A stretch of DNA of 64,000 bases from Gemmatimonadales bacterium (GCA_035703525.1 DASSYA010000024.1:69309-133308); one strand, 5' to 3'; positions 1 through 9,058 are shown, numbered from the stretch's first letter. Translations and numbers: made by a program. The notes: generated by a model not told the origin, from the letters alone.

Positions 1-179
1 TCACGACGCGGGAGGGGACGGCATGTCCGGTCCCGAGAATCTGGGTATGAGGCATGACGGAAGCTACGACTGCTGGGCGATGCCGAGAAGTGGCCTGTGC
101 GAGGGGATCCACGGCGACCGTCACTAGGTTCCAGACAGCTGCACCATCCTGACCCATCCAAGTCCCACGGAGACCCGCG

Positions 180-539
180 ATGCCCAGACTGATCCTGTTG
201 GCCGCACTCGCCACAATCGCCACCGCCAGCCTCACCGCCCCAGTGACCGCCCAGACCGCGAGCACGGTCGATGTCTCGGCAATCGATCGCGCCCTGACGG
301 CGCCGGCGACGGATGCTCGTGCCACGCTCACCCGACTGTTCGCCACCGAGCAGGGCAAGGCCGCGAGCTCAACGCTGGGATTGAGCCCGGATGCCGTGGC
401 CGCCAGGGTGGCGATCCTGGATGATGCCGGGGCGGAGCGCCTTGCCGATCGAGTGCTGGCCGGCGGACGTGGCAATGTCGTGATCAGCACGACCGCGATC
501 ATCATCATCCTCCTCGTCCTGATCCTGATCACCGACTAG
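180..539 (+). CDS. Small secreted protein with C-terminal membrane anchor, PA2779-family-like
   Basis: 119-aa ORF with a GGAG about 8 nt upstream of the ATG. Signal peptide LILLAALATIATASLTAPVTAQ. Segment RVAILDDAGAERLADRVLAGG is followed by the hydrophobic tail IIIILLVLILITD. It lies 21 nt upstream of a C39-like peptidase gene, the pairing I recall for PA2779/PA2778 families. Confidence 0.7.
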   Translation: MPRLILLAALATIATASLTAPVTAQTASTVDVSAIDRALTAPATDARATLTRLFATEQGKAASSTLGLSPDAVAARVAILDDAGAERLADRVLAGGRGNVVISTTAIIIILLVLILITD

Positions 540-560
540 CCGACCACTCCGGGCTCCAGC

Positions 561-2606
561 ATGCGGTGCGCGTGGCGAGCCCTCGGGGCCGCGGCCTGCC
601 TGCTGGTTCCCGGTGGCTCGGCCGTCGCGGCACCGGCGGCGGCACCGGCCGATACGCTCCACGTGCCATATCTGGCGCAATCGTGGCTGCTCTGTGGTGG
701 TGCCGCCATTGCGATGGTTGAACGGTGGTGGGGTCGTCGTGGGGTCTTCGGCGAGGACTTTCAGGACCTCGTCCATCCGGAACTTGGCGGGATCCGGACG
801 ACCGACCTGATCCATGCCACGCGCGCGCGCGGGTGGGATGTCGAGCCGTTCGTGGGTACCGCAGCGCGCGTCCGGGCCTCGCTCCACGACCGCAGGCCGG
901 TGGTGGCATTGATCCAGGTGTCCACCGAACGGTTCCACTACGTCGTGATCGTCTCGTGGCATGACGACACGGTCGTCTTCCACGATCCGGCGGTCGGGCC
1001 ATATCGGTCCCTCGACGCGCATGCGTTCATCGGGAAATGGGAGGCCGCCGATCGTTGGGCGCTCCTGGTGACACCGCCCTCCTCACCGGTCGAGATCCCC
1101 GCGACCCCGCGCGCGGCCGCCCCGGATGCACCGCGGCCCCTCCCCTGCCCGCCGTGGCTCAACCGTGCCGTCGAGGCGACACGCCGGAATGATCTCGCGC
1201 TGGCCGAGGAACAGCTCGAGCATGCGCGGGCCGCGTGTCCAGCCGAACCACTCGTGCTCCGGGAGCGCGCGGGCGTGGCGTTTCGGCTGGGGGACCACGA
1301 GATGGTGATCGATCTGGCCACGACCTACCTGCAGCAGGTGCCGACCGACAGCCTCGCCCGCCGAATGCTCGCGGCGAGTCAGTACCTGATCGGCGACCGC
1401 GAGGGTGCCCTCGCCTCGTGGAATCGGATCGGCCGCCCGACCCTCGATCTGCTCCGGGTCGATGGGAGTCACCGGATCCGCTTCGGCGTCCTGGCCGACG
1501 CGATCGATCTTCCGCTCGATCGCCCCCTCACCAGCCGAGCCCTGGCCCTCGCCCGACGGCGACTCGTCGATGTCCCGGGCGTCTCGGCCGCACGGGTCGG
1601 GTACGTCCCCGTCACCGGCGATCGGGTCGAGGGGGAGGTTCGCGTGACCGAGTATCCGCGGCTGCCGTCACTCCCGCACGTCCTGGCGCTGGGCGCCGCC
1701 CGGGCGGTGGCATCGGATCTGGCAGCCATCGACGTTGCCAACCTCACAGGGGGGGGAGAGCGCCTGACCGTGGAGTGGCGATGGCGACGAAGCAATCCCG
1801 GCCTGACCACGCGCCTCGAAGCACCGATGCACCTTGGCATCCCGCTCGTCGTCGGTGTGAGTGGCCGATGGGAGCGCTTCCGGTTCGATGATGGTACCGA
1901 GACGGCCCGGCGCCGGAGTGGCGGGATCGATCTGCATGGCTGGCTCACACCAGGATTCGAGGTCCTGAGTGGCGTGCAGCGTGAGGGATGGGGAGACCAG
2001 CACTATCTCGTGATCACTCTGGGGGGGGGACTGCACGATCGGCGCGATCACGTGGCGCTGACCGCTGCGGTCCAGCAGGCCTTCGCGGATGGCACGCGGT
2101 CGGACTACCAGCGTGTGCGCACGAACCTCGCGTGGCGGTCGACGACGGTCCCCGATGCGCCGGTGGTCGCCGCGCGGTTCGGGATCTCGCACGCCACCGA
2201 TGCCACACCTCGCGGGCTCTGGCCTGTCGCAGGCGGTGGCATCTCGACCCCGATCCCGCTCCGATCCCGGCCACTCCTGATCCACGACCTGCTCCCGAGC
2301 GCGCGGACGGCGCGGACCGTCGTGCATGGTGGCATCGCCGCCGACCACCCGCTCGGGACCCTGGGACCTGTGGCCATCGGTCTCGGCGGGTTTGTCGACG
2401 CGGCCGTGCTCACCCGGCGCACTGCCACACCGCGCACGTCGCGCTGGCTCCTGGACGCCGGCCTCGGACTCCAGATCGGCGCACCGGTGCTCACGACGAT
2501 GCAGTTCCGCCTGGACCTCGCACGGGGCCTGTCCCGTGATGGTCGTTGGGGGCTGAGCGCCGGGCTGGCCCACCCGTGGCCACCGAGGGCCGACGGATTC
2601 CGGTGA
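561..2606 (+). CDS. C39-like cysteine peptidase fused to TPR-like region, POTRA-like domain and Omp85-type beta-barrel
   Basis: 681-aa ORF with a signal peptide (CLLVPGGSAVAAPAAAPA). Papain/C39-type motifs: Q40 and C45 (YLAQSWLLCGGAA), H126 (RFHYVVIV) and FHDP. A helical TPR-like stretch is followed by a POTRA-like unit (LDLLRVDG...VEGEVRVTE). The C-terminal ~310 aa have alternating beta-strand patterns with LRSRPLL, GGFVDAAV, GLGLQIG and FRLDLARGL. Confidence 0.75.
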   Translation: MRCAWRALGAAACLLVPGGSAVAAPAAAPADTLHVPYLAQSWLLCGGAAIAMVERWWGRRGVFGEDFQDLVHPELGGIRTTDLIHATRARGWDVEPFVGTAARVRASLHDRRPVVALIQVSTERFHYVVIVSWHDDTVVFHDPAVGPYRSLDAHAFIGKWEAADRWALLVTPPSSPVEIPATPRAAAPDAPRPLPCPPWLNRAVEATRRNDLALAEEQLEHARAACPAEPLVLRERAGVAFRLGDHEMVIDLATTYLQQVPTDSLARRMLAASQYLIGDREGALASWNRIGRPTLDLLRVDGSHRIRFGVLADAIDLPLDRPLTSRALALARRRLVDVPGVSAARVGYVPVTGDRVEGEVRVTEYPRLPSLPHVLALGAARAVASDLAAIDVANLTGGGERLTVEWRWRRSNPGLTTRLEAPMHLGIPLVVGVSGRWERFRFDDGTETARRRSGGIDLHGWLTPGFEVLSGVQREGWGDQHYLVITLGGGLHDRRDHVALTAAVQQAFADGTRSDYQRVRTNLAWRSTTVPDAPVVAARFGISHATDATPRGLWPVAGGGISTPIPLRSRPLLIHDLLPSARTARTVVHGGIAADHPLGTLGPVAIGLGGFVDAAVLTRRTATPRTSRWLLDAGLGLQIGAPVLTTMQFRLDLARGLSRDGRWGLSAGLAHPWPPRADGFR

Positions 2607-2658
2607 CCTCGCCACCGTGGTAGCTTGGCAACTCCTCCCCATCCGTCCGGAGTTCCGC

Positions 2659-3156
2659 ATGCGACCGACGATTCTCGCCGTCCTGCTCCTGGCCGCGATG
2701 GCCTGCACCCCGGCCAACGACGGCACCACGCCCCCTGCTGGCGAGCATGTGGCAACAACGGCCACAGACTCCGCCGCCCGATTCGCGCACAGCGCCTACA
2801 CCGCTGCGATCAACTCCAATGACCTCGCGCAGCTGAGTGCGATGTTCACCGACGATGTCGTGTTCCTCGTGCCCAACGCACCACCGCTCGTGGGCCGCCA
2901 GGCGGTCATGGACTGGGCCAAGGGCTACGTGGAGGCCTTCGCGACCCATTGGGACAAGACCACCGAGGAGTTCGAGGTGGCGGGCGACTGGGCCTTCGAG
3001 CGCTACAGCTACCGCTCGGTCGACACCCCGCGGAGCGGCGGTGCGCCGATCGAGGATACCGGGTGGGGACTCGTGATCTATCATCACGATCCCGACGGCA
3101 CCTGGCGCGTGGCACGCGACGCGTTCGGTCCCGATCACCCAGCCGCCACACCCTGA
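2659..3156 (+). CDS. Lipoprotein, SnoaL-like / DUF4440 (NTF2 fold)
   Basis: Internal ATG at 2659 gives MRPTILAVLLLAAMAC, a lipobox. The body resembles DUF4440/SnoaL-like proteins (FTDDVVFLVPNAPPLVGRQAV, WRVARDAF). Confidence 0.7.
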   Translation: MRPTILAVLLLAAMACTPANDGTTPPAGEHVATTATDSAARFAHSAYTAAINSNDLAQLSAMFTDDVVFLVPNAPPLVGRQAVMDWAKGYVEAFATHWDKTTEEFEVAGDWAFERYSYRSVDTPRSGGAPIEDTGWGLVIYHHDPDGTWRVARDAFGPDHPAATP

Positions 3157-3171
3157 CAGGATGATTTGACC

Positions 3172-3648
3172 ATGTCGACCCACTCGGCACGGATCAGCTG
3201 GCAGCAGCGGCCGGGCGATCAGTTCACCGCCTCCCGCTACAGCCGAAGCCATCACTGGAGTTTCGACGGTGGGCTCGAGATCCCGGCCTCCGCGTCGCCG
3301 GATCTCGTGCGGCCGCCGTGGTCGGACCCTGCCGCCATCGACCCCGAGGAGGCCTTCGTCGCCAGCCTCGCGAGTTGTCACATGCTCTGGTTCCTCGGCC
3401 TCGCCGCCGAGCAGGGGTTCTCGGTCGCGTCGTACGTCGATGACGCCGCTGGCACACTCGGACGGAACGCGGCCGGGAGGCTTGCCATCACGGCGGTCAC
3501 GCTCGCACCCCGGGTGCGATTCAGCAATGACACCCGACCCACTGAGGCAGAGTTCATGGCGTTGCACCACCTGGCCCACGAGCGGTGCTTCCTCGCCGCG
3601 TCGGTCACCAGCGTCGTGACCTGCGTACCGGCGATGGACACGGCCTGA
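3172..3648 (+). CDS. OsmC family protein
   Basis: ATG at 3172, preceded by AGGA. Typical OsmC/Ohr-like pattern: ARISW..., LASCHMLWFLGLAAEQG, HERCFLAASV. Confidence 0.8.
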   Translation: MSTHSARISWQQRPGDQFTASRYSRSHHWSFDGGLEIPASASPDLVRPPWSDPAAIDPEEAFVASLASCHMLWFLGLAAEQGFSVASYVDDAAGTLGRNAAGRLAITAVTLAPRVRFSNDTRPTEAEFMALHHLAHERCFLAASVTSVVTCVPAMDTA

Positions 3649-3695
3649 CGCTTCCGGTGCCCCGCCCCGGATGGCGCCTCCCTCGGCCAGGTGCG

Positions 3696-6149
3696 CTATC
3701 GCATGCGCGTCGCGGTGAAGGGAAACCGGTAGCCTTCCGGGCTGCTGACGTTGCCGGTATCGCCGTCCGAGAACCAGATCACGAAGGTCAATGTCCCCGT
3801 CATGCTGCTGCCGTTGCGCGTGGCCGCCATCTGGATCACCGTCGCAGGTCCGCTCTGGCTCCCGGCATCCTTCACCTGATATGACACCAGAGGAAAGATG
3901 AATTGCGATTCCATCGTCCCCGACGATGGGTCTTCGGTCGACTGCGTGAGGTAGGTGCGGTCCCACCCGGCGAAGAACGGCCCGACGGCAAACTGCACGG
4001 GCGGGGTCCGGCCGAGCAATTGGACCCACTCGCCGCCGCCCTGGGGCGCCACCGGACAACACGACGAATTGGTCCAGGTCCCCACCTTGCGGACACGCAG
4101 GTCGAGTCGAAGGTGCGTCGGGAGCCGTGTGTCGTCGGGCGCGATCGCGATCATCCCCGAGGCGGGTGACGCCAGCAACCGGTGGAGCAGGTCGTACAAG
4201 TCCCCGGAACCGGTGGCATCCCCGTCAAACAGCTCGTCCGCATCGCCGATGGTTTCGATCTGCCAGGACGTCGAGACCTGCGGGACTTCGAGTGAATCCA
4301 CGGCGAGCCGGATTCCCGCATTACTGAAGAGCTCCACCTTCGCGTACTTGGTGACGTCGGAACGATGCTCGTACTGGAAGCTGTGCGGGTCGGTGATACT
4401 CGTTTCCCCGAGGACGTCGGCTCCGAGGCTCCAGCGGAGGAACGACGCGTCACGGCTGATCGGTTCGTCGGCGAGTGTGAGCGTGACCTGTTCTCCGACC
4501 TGGGGCCGCTCGGGCTCGCTACTCAGATCGAAGTGGACCCGTCGGGTCACCAGCCAGGTCCAGTCGATCGTGGTGGCCTTCGGTTCTGTGAAATTCGGAA
4601 ACCACGTGTGGAGCAGTCCACCGCCATAGTCGGCGTCATATTGCTCCATCCGGAGCCGGGTGCCATCGACATCATCCGGGATATCCGAGTTGACCAGTTC
4701 GCCGGCTCCCGTGTACGCCGGCGTGAAAATGCGGTCTCGCGCCTTCCCTCCCGCGCGCTTGACGTTGCAACCGGGGCAGCGGGTCCGGACGAACAGCGAT
4801 TCACTGGCCGTGATGATGGTGTCGGTCAGCGGACGCCACGCGGTATCGACCGGATCCCGGAATTCCTTGATCAGGGCGGGGAATTGGCCGTCACCGATGG
4901 TGCCGTTGTCAAACGCGGCCCAATGGGCGCGCATCCGTTGCTCCGACTGGAGTGTGGAGAGCGACATCACGAACACCTGCGAATTGTAGCGTATCGCCTC
5001 GTCGAGGCTGGATCCGAAGGCAAATTGCTGCCATTCACCATGCGTGAATTGGACATCCAGCCCCGCGCCCGGTGACTGTGAACTCGAGAACGAGAACACA
5101 CCGTGCTTCACCGCATAGGCAATGATGTTCAGGGACGTTCCGGCTGTGGTCTCGTAGGCGGCGGCAAGCTGTGGGGCCTTCGTCACATAGAGGGCGAGCG
5201 CGAGCGCGCGCGCCTGGTTGAGCACCCAATGCTCACCGACCGATCTTGCGGAATCGAGCACGAAGGCGATCCGCTGCTGGAAAGTGGCATTGGCCCGGAC
5301 TTCGGCCTGGATGACCGACGACAACCTGACACCGCGTGGATTGTCATAGTTGAAGTCCGGGATGCGATCGTAGCGACCGAAGAGGGGCCCTTCGGATGCG
5401 CGCCGCTTGTAGAAGTGCCAGAGTGCTCCAAGGGCCGCCCCTGCGCCGTACCCGCGAGGCGTCAGGTACGAGCCGCGATTGGCCAGATCCCAATCGTCCA
5501 CACCGACCTTGAATCCAGTGTCGACGTCGAGCAACAGCGGGTCGCCGACAGCGGCGATGACGACCGAGGCAGGAGTCTTGCCGCCCTGCAGGCCAGGCAT
5601 GACCAGGGTCGAAGTGGGAGGCGCGCTCAGCAACTCGGCACCATCGACGTGACGCGTCAGCACCGTGATTGTCGAGTCGGTTCGGCCGAGCAGCGGAATG
5701 AGTTCAAGCTTGCCCGAGCTGGCGTCGAAGAAGAAGGCAGCGACCGCCGTGTCCTGGGAGACCCGCGCGGGTAGCGTGATGGTGAACGGCAGGGCCCCGT
5801 AGCCCTGACTGTTCTCGAACCGGATCGTCGGACCGATCTGCACTGCGCCAGGCGGCAAGGTCGGACGACTCCCCGTGAGCGCCGTGACCTGCCACGTTCC
5901 AGCCACCTGGTAGGTGCCCCGAGGCACGGCGATGGTCAGCCCGTTGAGAGGGCTCGCGGGATTCTCCACCCGGAGCACCCCACCATCAGGCCCGAGCGGT
6001 GCGTTGTCGATCACGACGGTGCCCGTCGGGGGTGGTGGCGGTGGTGGAGGCGGTGGCGGGGAACCGGGCTCGGTGGGCGGACTCCCGCAGCCCAGGAAGA
6101 CACCCAGACAGCAGACGACGGTGGCAGCATATCGAAAATCGACTCGCAT
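3696..6149 (-). CDS. Large lipoprotein of unknown function with poly-proline tether
   Basis: 817-aa ORF. N-terminus MRVDFRYAATVVCCLGVFLGC carries a lipobox and is followed by GSPPTEPGSPPPPPPPPPPPTG. The frame is consistently GC3-rich. I recognise no catalytic motif. Confidence 0.75.
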   Translation of the reverse strand: MRVDFRYAATVVCCLGVFLGCGSPPTEPGSPPPPPPPPPPPTGTVVIDNAPLGPDGGVLRVENPASPLNGLTIAVPRGTYQVAGTWQVTALTGSRPTLPPGAVQIGPTIRFENSQGYGALPFTITLPARVSQDTAVAAFFFDASSGKLELIPLLGRTDSTITVLTRHVDGAELLSAPPTSTLVMPGLQGGKTPASVVIAAVGDPLLLDVDTGFKVGVDDWDLANRGSYLTPRGYGAGAALGALWHFYKRRASEGPLFGRYDRIPDFNYDNPRGVRLSSVIQAEVRANATFQQRIAFVLDSARSVGEHWVLNQARALALALYVTKAPQLAAAYETTAGTSLNIIAYAVKHGVFSFSSSQSPGAGLDVQFTHGEWQQFAFGSSLDEAIRYNSQVFVMSLSTLQSEQRMRAHWAAFDNGTIGDGQFPALIKEFRDPVDTAWRPLTDTIITASESLFVRTRCPGCNVKRAGGKARDRIFTPAYTGAGELVNSDIPDDVDGTRLRMEQYDADYGGGLLHTWFPNFTEPKATTIDWTWLVTRRVHFDLSSEPERPQVGEQVTLTLADEPISRDASFLRWSLGADVLGETSITDPHSFQYEHRSDVTKYAKVELFSNAGIRLAVDSLEVPQVSTSWQIETIGDADELFDGDATGSGDLYDLLHRLLASPASGMIAIAPDDTRLPTHLRLDLRVRKVGTWTNSSCCPVAPQGGGEWVQLLGRTPPVQFAVGPFFAGWDRTYLTQSTEDPSSGTMESQFIFPLVSYQVKDAGSQSGPATVIQMAATRNGSSMTGTLTFVIWFSDGDTGNVSSPEGYRFPFTATRMR

Positions 6150-6202
6150 CAGTCCTCACAGCAGGGGAAACCTCTGGAGAACACGCGCAGTCACCGAATG
6201 AA

Positions 6203-6940
6203 ATGGCTCACCCGGGTCTGCGGGGGCCAGACTCGCAACTGACCTCCGACATGGCAGTGCCTTACCTTTCCGGGGTGTCACACTCACCGTCGCGCCCGCG
6301 CCAACTTCCGTCCCGGCCCGACGACGAACGAACACGGCGTGAGCGCATCGCCGCCCTCTGCGTCGAGGGCTGGCGGCTGTGGGACCGCTTCGACGCGACC
6401 ACCGTCGAGCGTCCGTTCCATCCCTTCGTTGCGGCCGATTACGATGTGGTCCGCGAGGCGCTCCTGCCCCACCCCGGTGAGGGGCGACGCTTCCTCGAGT
6501 GGGGGTCCGCGACCGGCGTGATCACCATCATGGCTGACCTGCTCGGGTACGAGGCCTTCGGCATCGAACTCGACGGAAACCTGACCACGGTTGCCCAGGA
6601 GCTCGCCACCCAGTTCGACTCCGGGGCACGATTCGTGACGGGCTCCTTCCTGCCGGCGGGATACACTTGGCGCTCGGGCAACGGCGACACCCGCACCGGC
6701 ACCCTCGGCCAGGGCCGATCGGGCTACCAGGAACTCGGCATGCCACTCGATGACTTCGAGGTCGTCTTCGGCTACCCCTGGGATGGCGAAATTGCCACCA
6801 TGTTGGACCTGATGCACCGGCACGGGCACGAGGACGCCCTGCTCCTGATCAACAGCCTGAGTGACGGCGTGGTGGGCTATCGCAGCGGGCGGGTGGTATC
6901 GCCCGCCGACTGGTTCCCGGGAAGGCCGTCGCCGGGCTGA
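6203..6940 (+). CDS. Putative class I SAM-dependent methyltransferase-like protein
   Basis: Motif-I-like FLEWGSATGVITIMADLLGYEAFGIELD. The start is ambiguous (ATG 6203 or ATG 6251). The upstream part of the 313-aa track ORF overlaps the divergent lipoprotein gene and is rejected. Confidence 0.55.
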   Translation: MAHPGLRGPDSQLTSDMAVPYLSGVSHSPSRPRQLPSRPDDERTRRERIAALCVEGWRLWDRFDATTVERPFHPFVAADYDVVREALLPHPGEGRRFLEWGSATGVITIMADLLGYEAFGIELDGNLTTVAQELATQFDSGARFVTGSFLPAGYTWRSGNGDTRTGTLGQGRSGYQELGMPLDDFEVVFGYPWDGEIATMLDLMHRHGHEDALLLINSLSDGVVGYRSGRVVSPADWFPGRPSPG

Positions 6941-6966
6941 CACCGCGCACCGATGAGGGGATTGCA

Positions 6967-7593
6967 ATGGCCATCTCGGAGGAACTCCACCACTTCGTGC
7001 GCGAGAGCCTGAAACAGGGGCAGCCTCGTTCCGCGATCGAGCACGCCCTGCGGGCCGCGGGCTGGCCACCCGACCAGATCCGAAGCGCGCTCGGGAAATT
7101 CGCCGATGTCAAGTTCCCGATACCGGTCCCGACCCCGGTGCCGTACGTGTCGGCCCGGGAGGCATTCCTCTACCTGCTCCTCTTCACCACCCTCTACCTC
7201 AGCGCATTCAACCTCGGCGGATTGCTCTTCCAGCTCATCGAACTCGGCTTCCCCGAGCCGGGGGCCTCGGCGGCGCCGGTGCACCAGGCAATGCGCTGGT
7301 CGATTGCCATCCTGGTGGTCGCGTTCCCCGTGTTCCTGTTCCTTGCCAGACTGACGGCCAGGGAAGTGAAGTCGGACCCCACCAAGCGTGCCTCCACGGT
7401 CCGGCGCTGGTTGACCTACGTGACCTTGTTCGTGGCGGCAAGTGCATTGCTGGGTGACGGTGCCGCGCTCGTCTACCATCTCTTGGGTGGCGAGCTCACC
7501 GTCCGATTTGTGCTCAAGGTGGCCACGATTGTCGTGATCGCCAGTGCCGTGTTCTGGTACTACCTCCGTGATCTCGACACCGACCCCACCTGA
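6967..7593 (+). CDS. Membrane protein, DUF5671-like
   Basis: 208-aa ORF. Soluble N-terminal helix-rich part (SLKQGQPRSAIEHALRAAGWPPDQIRSAL) followed by about 4 TM segments. The family name is from memory. Confidence 0.65.
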   Translation: MAISEELHHFVRESLKQGQPRSAIEHALRAAGWPPDQIRSALGKFADVKFPIPVPTPVPYVSAREAFLYLLLFTTLYLSAFNLGGLLFQLIELGFPEPGASAAPVHQAMRWSIAILVVAFPVFLFLARLTAREVKSDPTKRASTVRRWLTYVTLFVAASALLGDGAALVYHLLGGELTVRFVLKVATIVVIASAVFWYYLRDLDTDPT

Positions 7594-7610
7594 GTGTCGA
7601 GCCGCGAGCG

Positions 7611-8063
7611 ATGACGAGCTGGCATGATCCCGAACATTGGCGCGGCCTGCTCGATGGCAGCGCGTGCCCCATCTGCATCCGGGGTGAGCCACTCGACATC
7701 ATCGCCACGCTCCCCGCCACCTGGCTCACCATGACCGATCGGGCACCGATGGTGGGCTACGTCTGCCTCGTGTCACGGATCCACGCAGTCGAGTTGCACG
7801 ATCTGGATGAGACGGAGGCATGTGCGTTCATGCGCGACGCACGGACCGTGTCCCGGGCATTGCAGGCGGTCACGGGTGCGGTCAAGCTCAACTACGCGAT
7901 GCACGGCAACGTGCTGCCGCATCTCCACATGCACCTCTTCCCGCGCCACCGGGGTGACGCCTTCGAAGGCCGCGTCGTTGATCCCGGTGCCATCCACCCT
8001 CCGGTCTACACCGCCGGGGCGTTCGAGGCGATGCGCGGGGAGCTGCAGCGCGTGCTCGGCTAG
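7611..8063 (+). CDS. HIT family protein
   Basis: Histidine triad HLHMHLFPR; CPIC zinc-like motif near the N-terminus; 150 aa. Confidence 0.85.
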   Translation: MTSWHDPEHWRGLLDGSACPICIRGEPLDIIATLPATWLTMTDRAPMVGYVCLVSRIHAVELHDLDETEACAFMRDARTVSRALQAVTGAVKLNYAMHGNVLPHLHMHLFPRHRGDAFEGRVVDPGAIHPPVYTAGAFEAMRGELQRVLG

Positions 8064-8257
8064 CCGAGCACGCGAAGCGATCGGTGGCCGAGCAGTACCG
8101 CGATCCGACCCAGGACCGAGGCAGAAGGGATCCTGACCTGAGCGACCCTCGCCGCTCTGGCGGGGGTCGCAGTACCTTCCCCGGAGGCACGTGCGCTCGT
8201 CCCCGCGACGGGAGCAGGCGCGACGGTGCAACAACAATCCCAGACCCCGGGGGGGAC

Positions 8258-9058
8258 GTGACGACCACACTCATCACCGGTGCCAACCGCGGCATCGGCA
8301 TGGCCACCGCCGTCTCGCTCGCCCGGGCAGGGCATCGTGTCCTGGCCACCATGCGCGACACCGCATCCGGCGATGCACTGCGCACGGTGGCCGCCGCCGA
8401 GTCGCTGGCCGTGCACATCGCACAACTGGACGTCAATTCGGATGCCTCGGTGCGGGCGGCCGTCACGGCCCTCGAGTCCGCACATGGCCCGGTCGACGTC
8501 CTCGTCAACAATGCCGGGATCGGCCGCTTCGGCAGCGTCGAGGAGTTGCCGCTCGAGGCGTTCCGCGCCGTGATGGAGACCAACTATTTCGGCACCATCC
8601 GATGCATCCAGGCGGTCCTGCCCGGCATGCGCGAGCGCGGACAGGGGTGCATCGTCAACATCTCCTCGGTGTCCGGACGGCTCTCGACCTCTCCGCTCGG
8701 GCCCTATGCGGCATCGAAGTTCGCGGTCGAGGCGTTGAGCGAGGCGCTGGCACAGGAGGTCCTGCCATTCGGGATCCGGGTCGTGGTGGTGCAACCCGGG
8801 ACCATCGACACGGCCATGCCACGGTCGGTCGCCGAACACCCCGGTCACTCGATCTATCCCAATGCCCAGCGCGTGGCCCGGATGTTCTCCTCGGCGTTGC
8901 GCGGGGCGAGTGACCCGAGCGAGGTCGGGGATGCCATCCGCGACATCCTCGCTGACCCCTCGAAACAGTTCCGCTACCCCGTCGGGGCCGACGCAGAAGC
9001 GCTGCTTGCCATGCGCACCGTGATCAGTGACGAGGAGTGGATCCGGGTCATCGCCTGA
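8258..9058 (+). CDS. SDR family oxidoreductase
   Basis: GTG at 8258 gives VTTTLITGANRGIGMATA (TGxxxGIG). Also NNAG, and the catalytic YAASK. The upstream part of the track ORF is Arg/Pro-rich non-coding-like sequence. Confidence 0.85.
   Translation: MTTTLITGANRGIGMATAVSLARAGHRVLATMRDTASGDALRTVAAAESLAVHIAQLDVNSDASVRAAVTALESAHGPVDVLVNNAGIGRFGSVEELPLEAFRAVMETNYFGTIRCIQAVLPGMRERGQGCIVNISSVSGRLSTSPLGPYAASKFAVEALSEALAQEVLPFGIRVVVVQPGTIDTAMPRSVAEHPGHSIYPNAQRVARMFSSALRGASDPSEVGDAIRDILADPSKQFRYPVGADAEALLAMRTVISDEEWIRVIA

Noticed and set aside
1-179. The left edge of the window, checked for a partial gene or RNA.
   Set aside because: No ORF with coding-like pattern and no recognisable RNA motif. Only the GGAG before the ATG at 180 is interpretable.
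2031-2039. G9/C9 homopolymer tracts inside coding regions (2031-2039, 12742-12750, 28486-28494, 60564-60572, 63169-63177; G8/C8 at 1749-1756 and 54059-54066), each encoding Gly-Gly-Gly. Considered as slipped-strand phase-variation sites.
   Set aside because: A rough expectation, assuming about 0.34 frequency for G and for C, is about 5 runs of 9 or more in 64 kb on both strands. The observed number is therefore what chance predicts. They sit in unrelated housekeeping genes, not at 5' ends. They remain possible sequencing-error hotspots.
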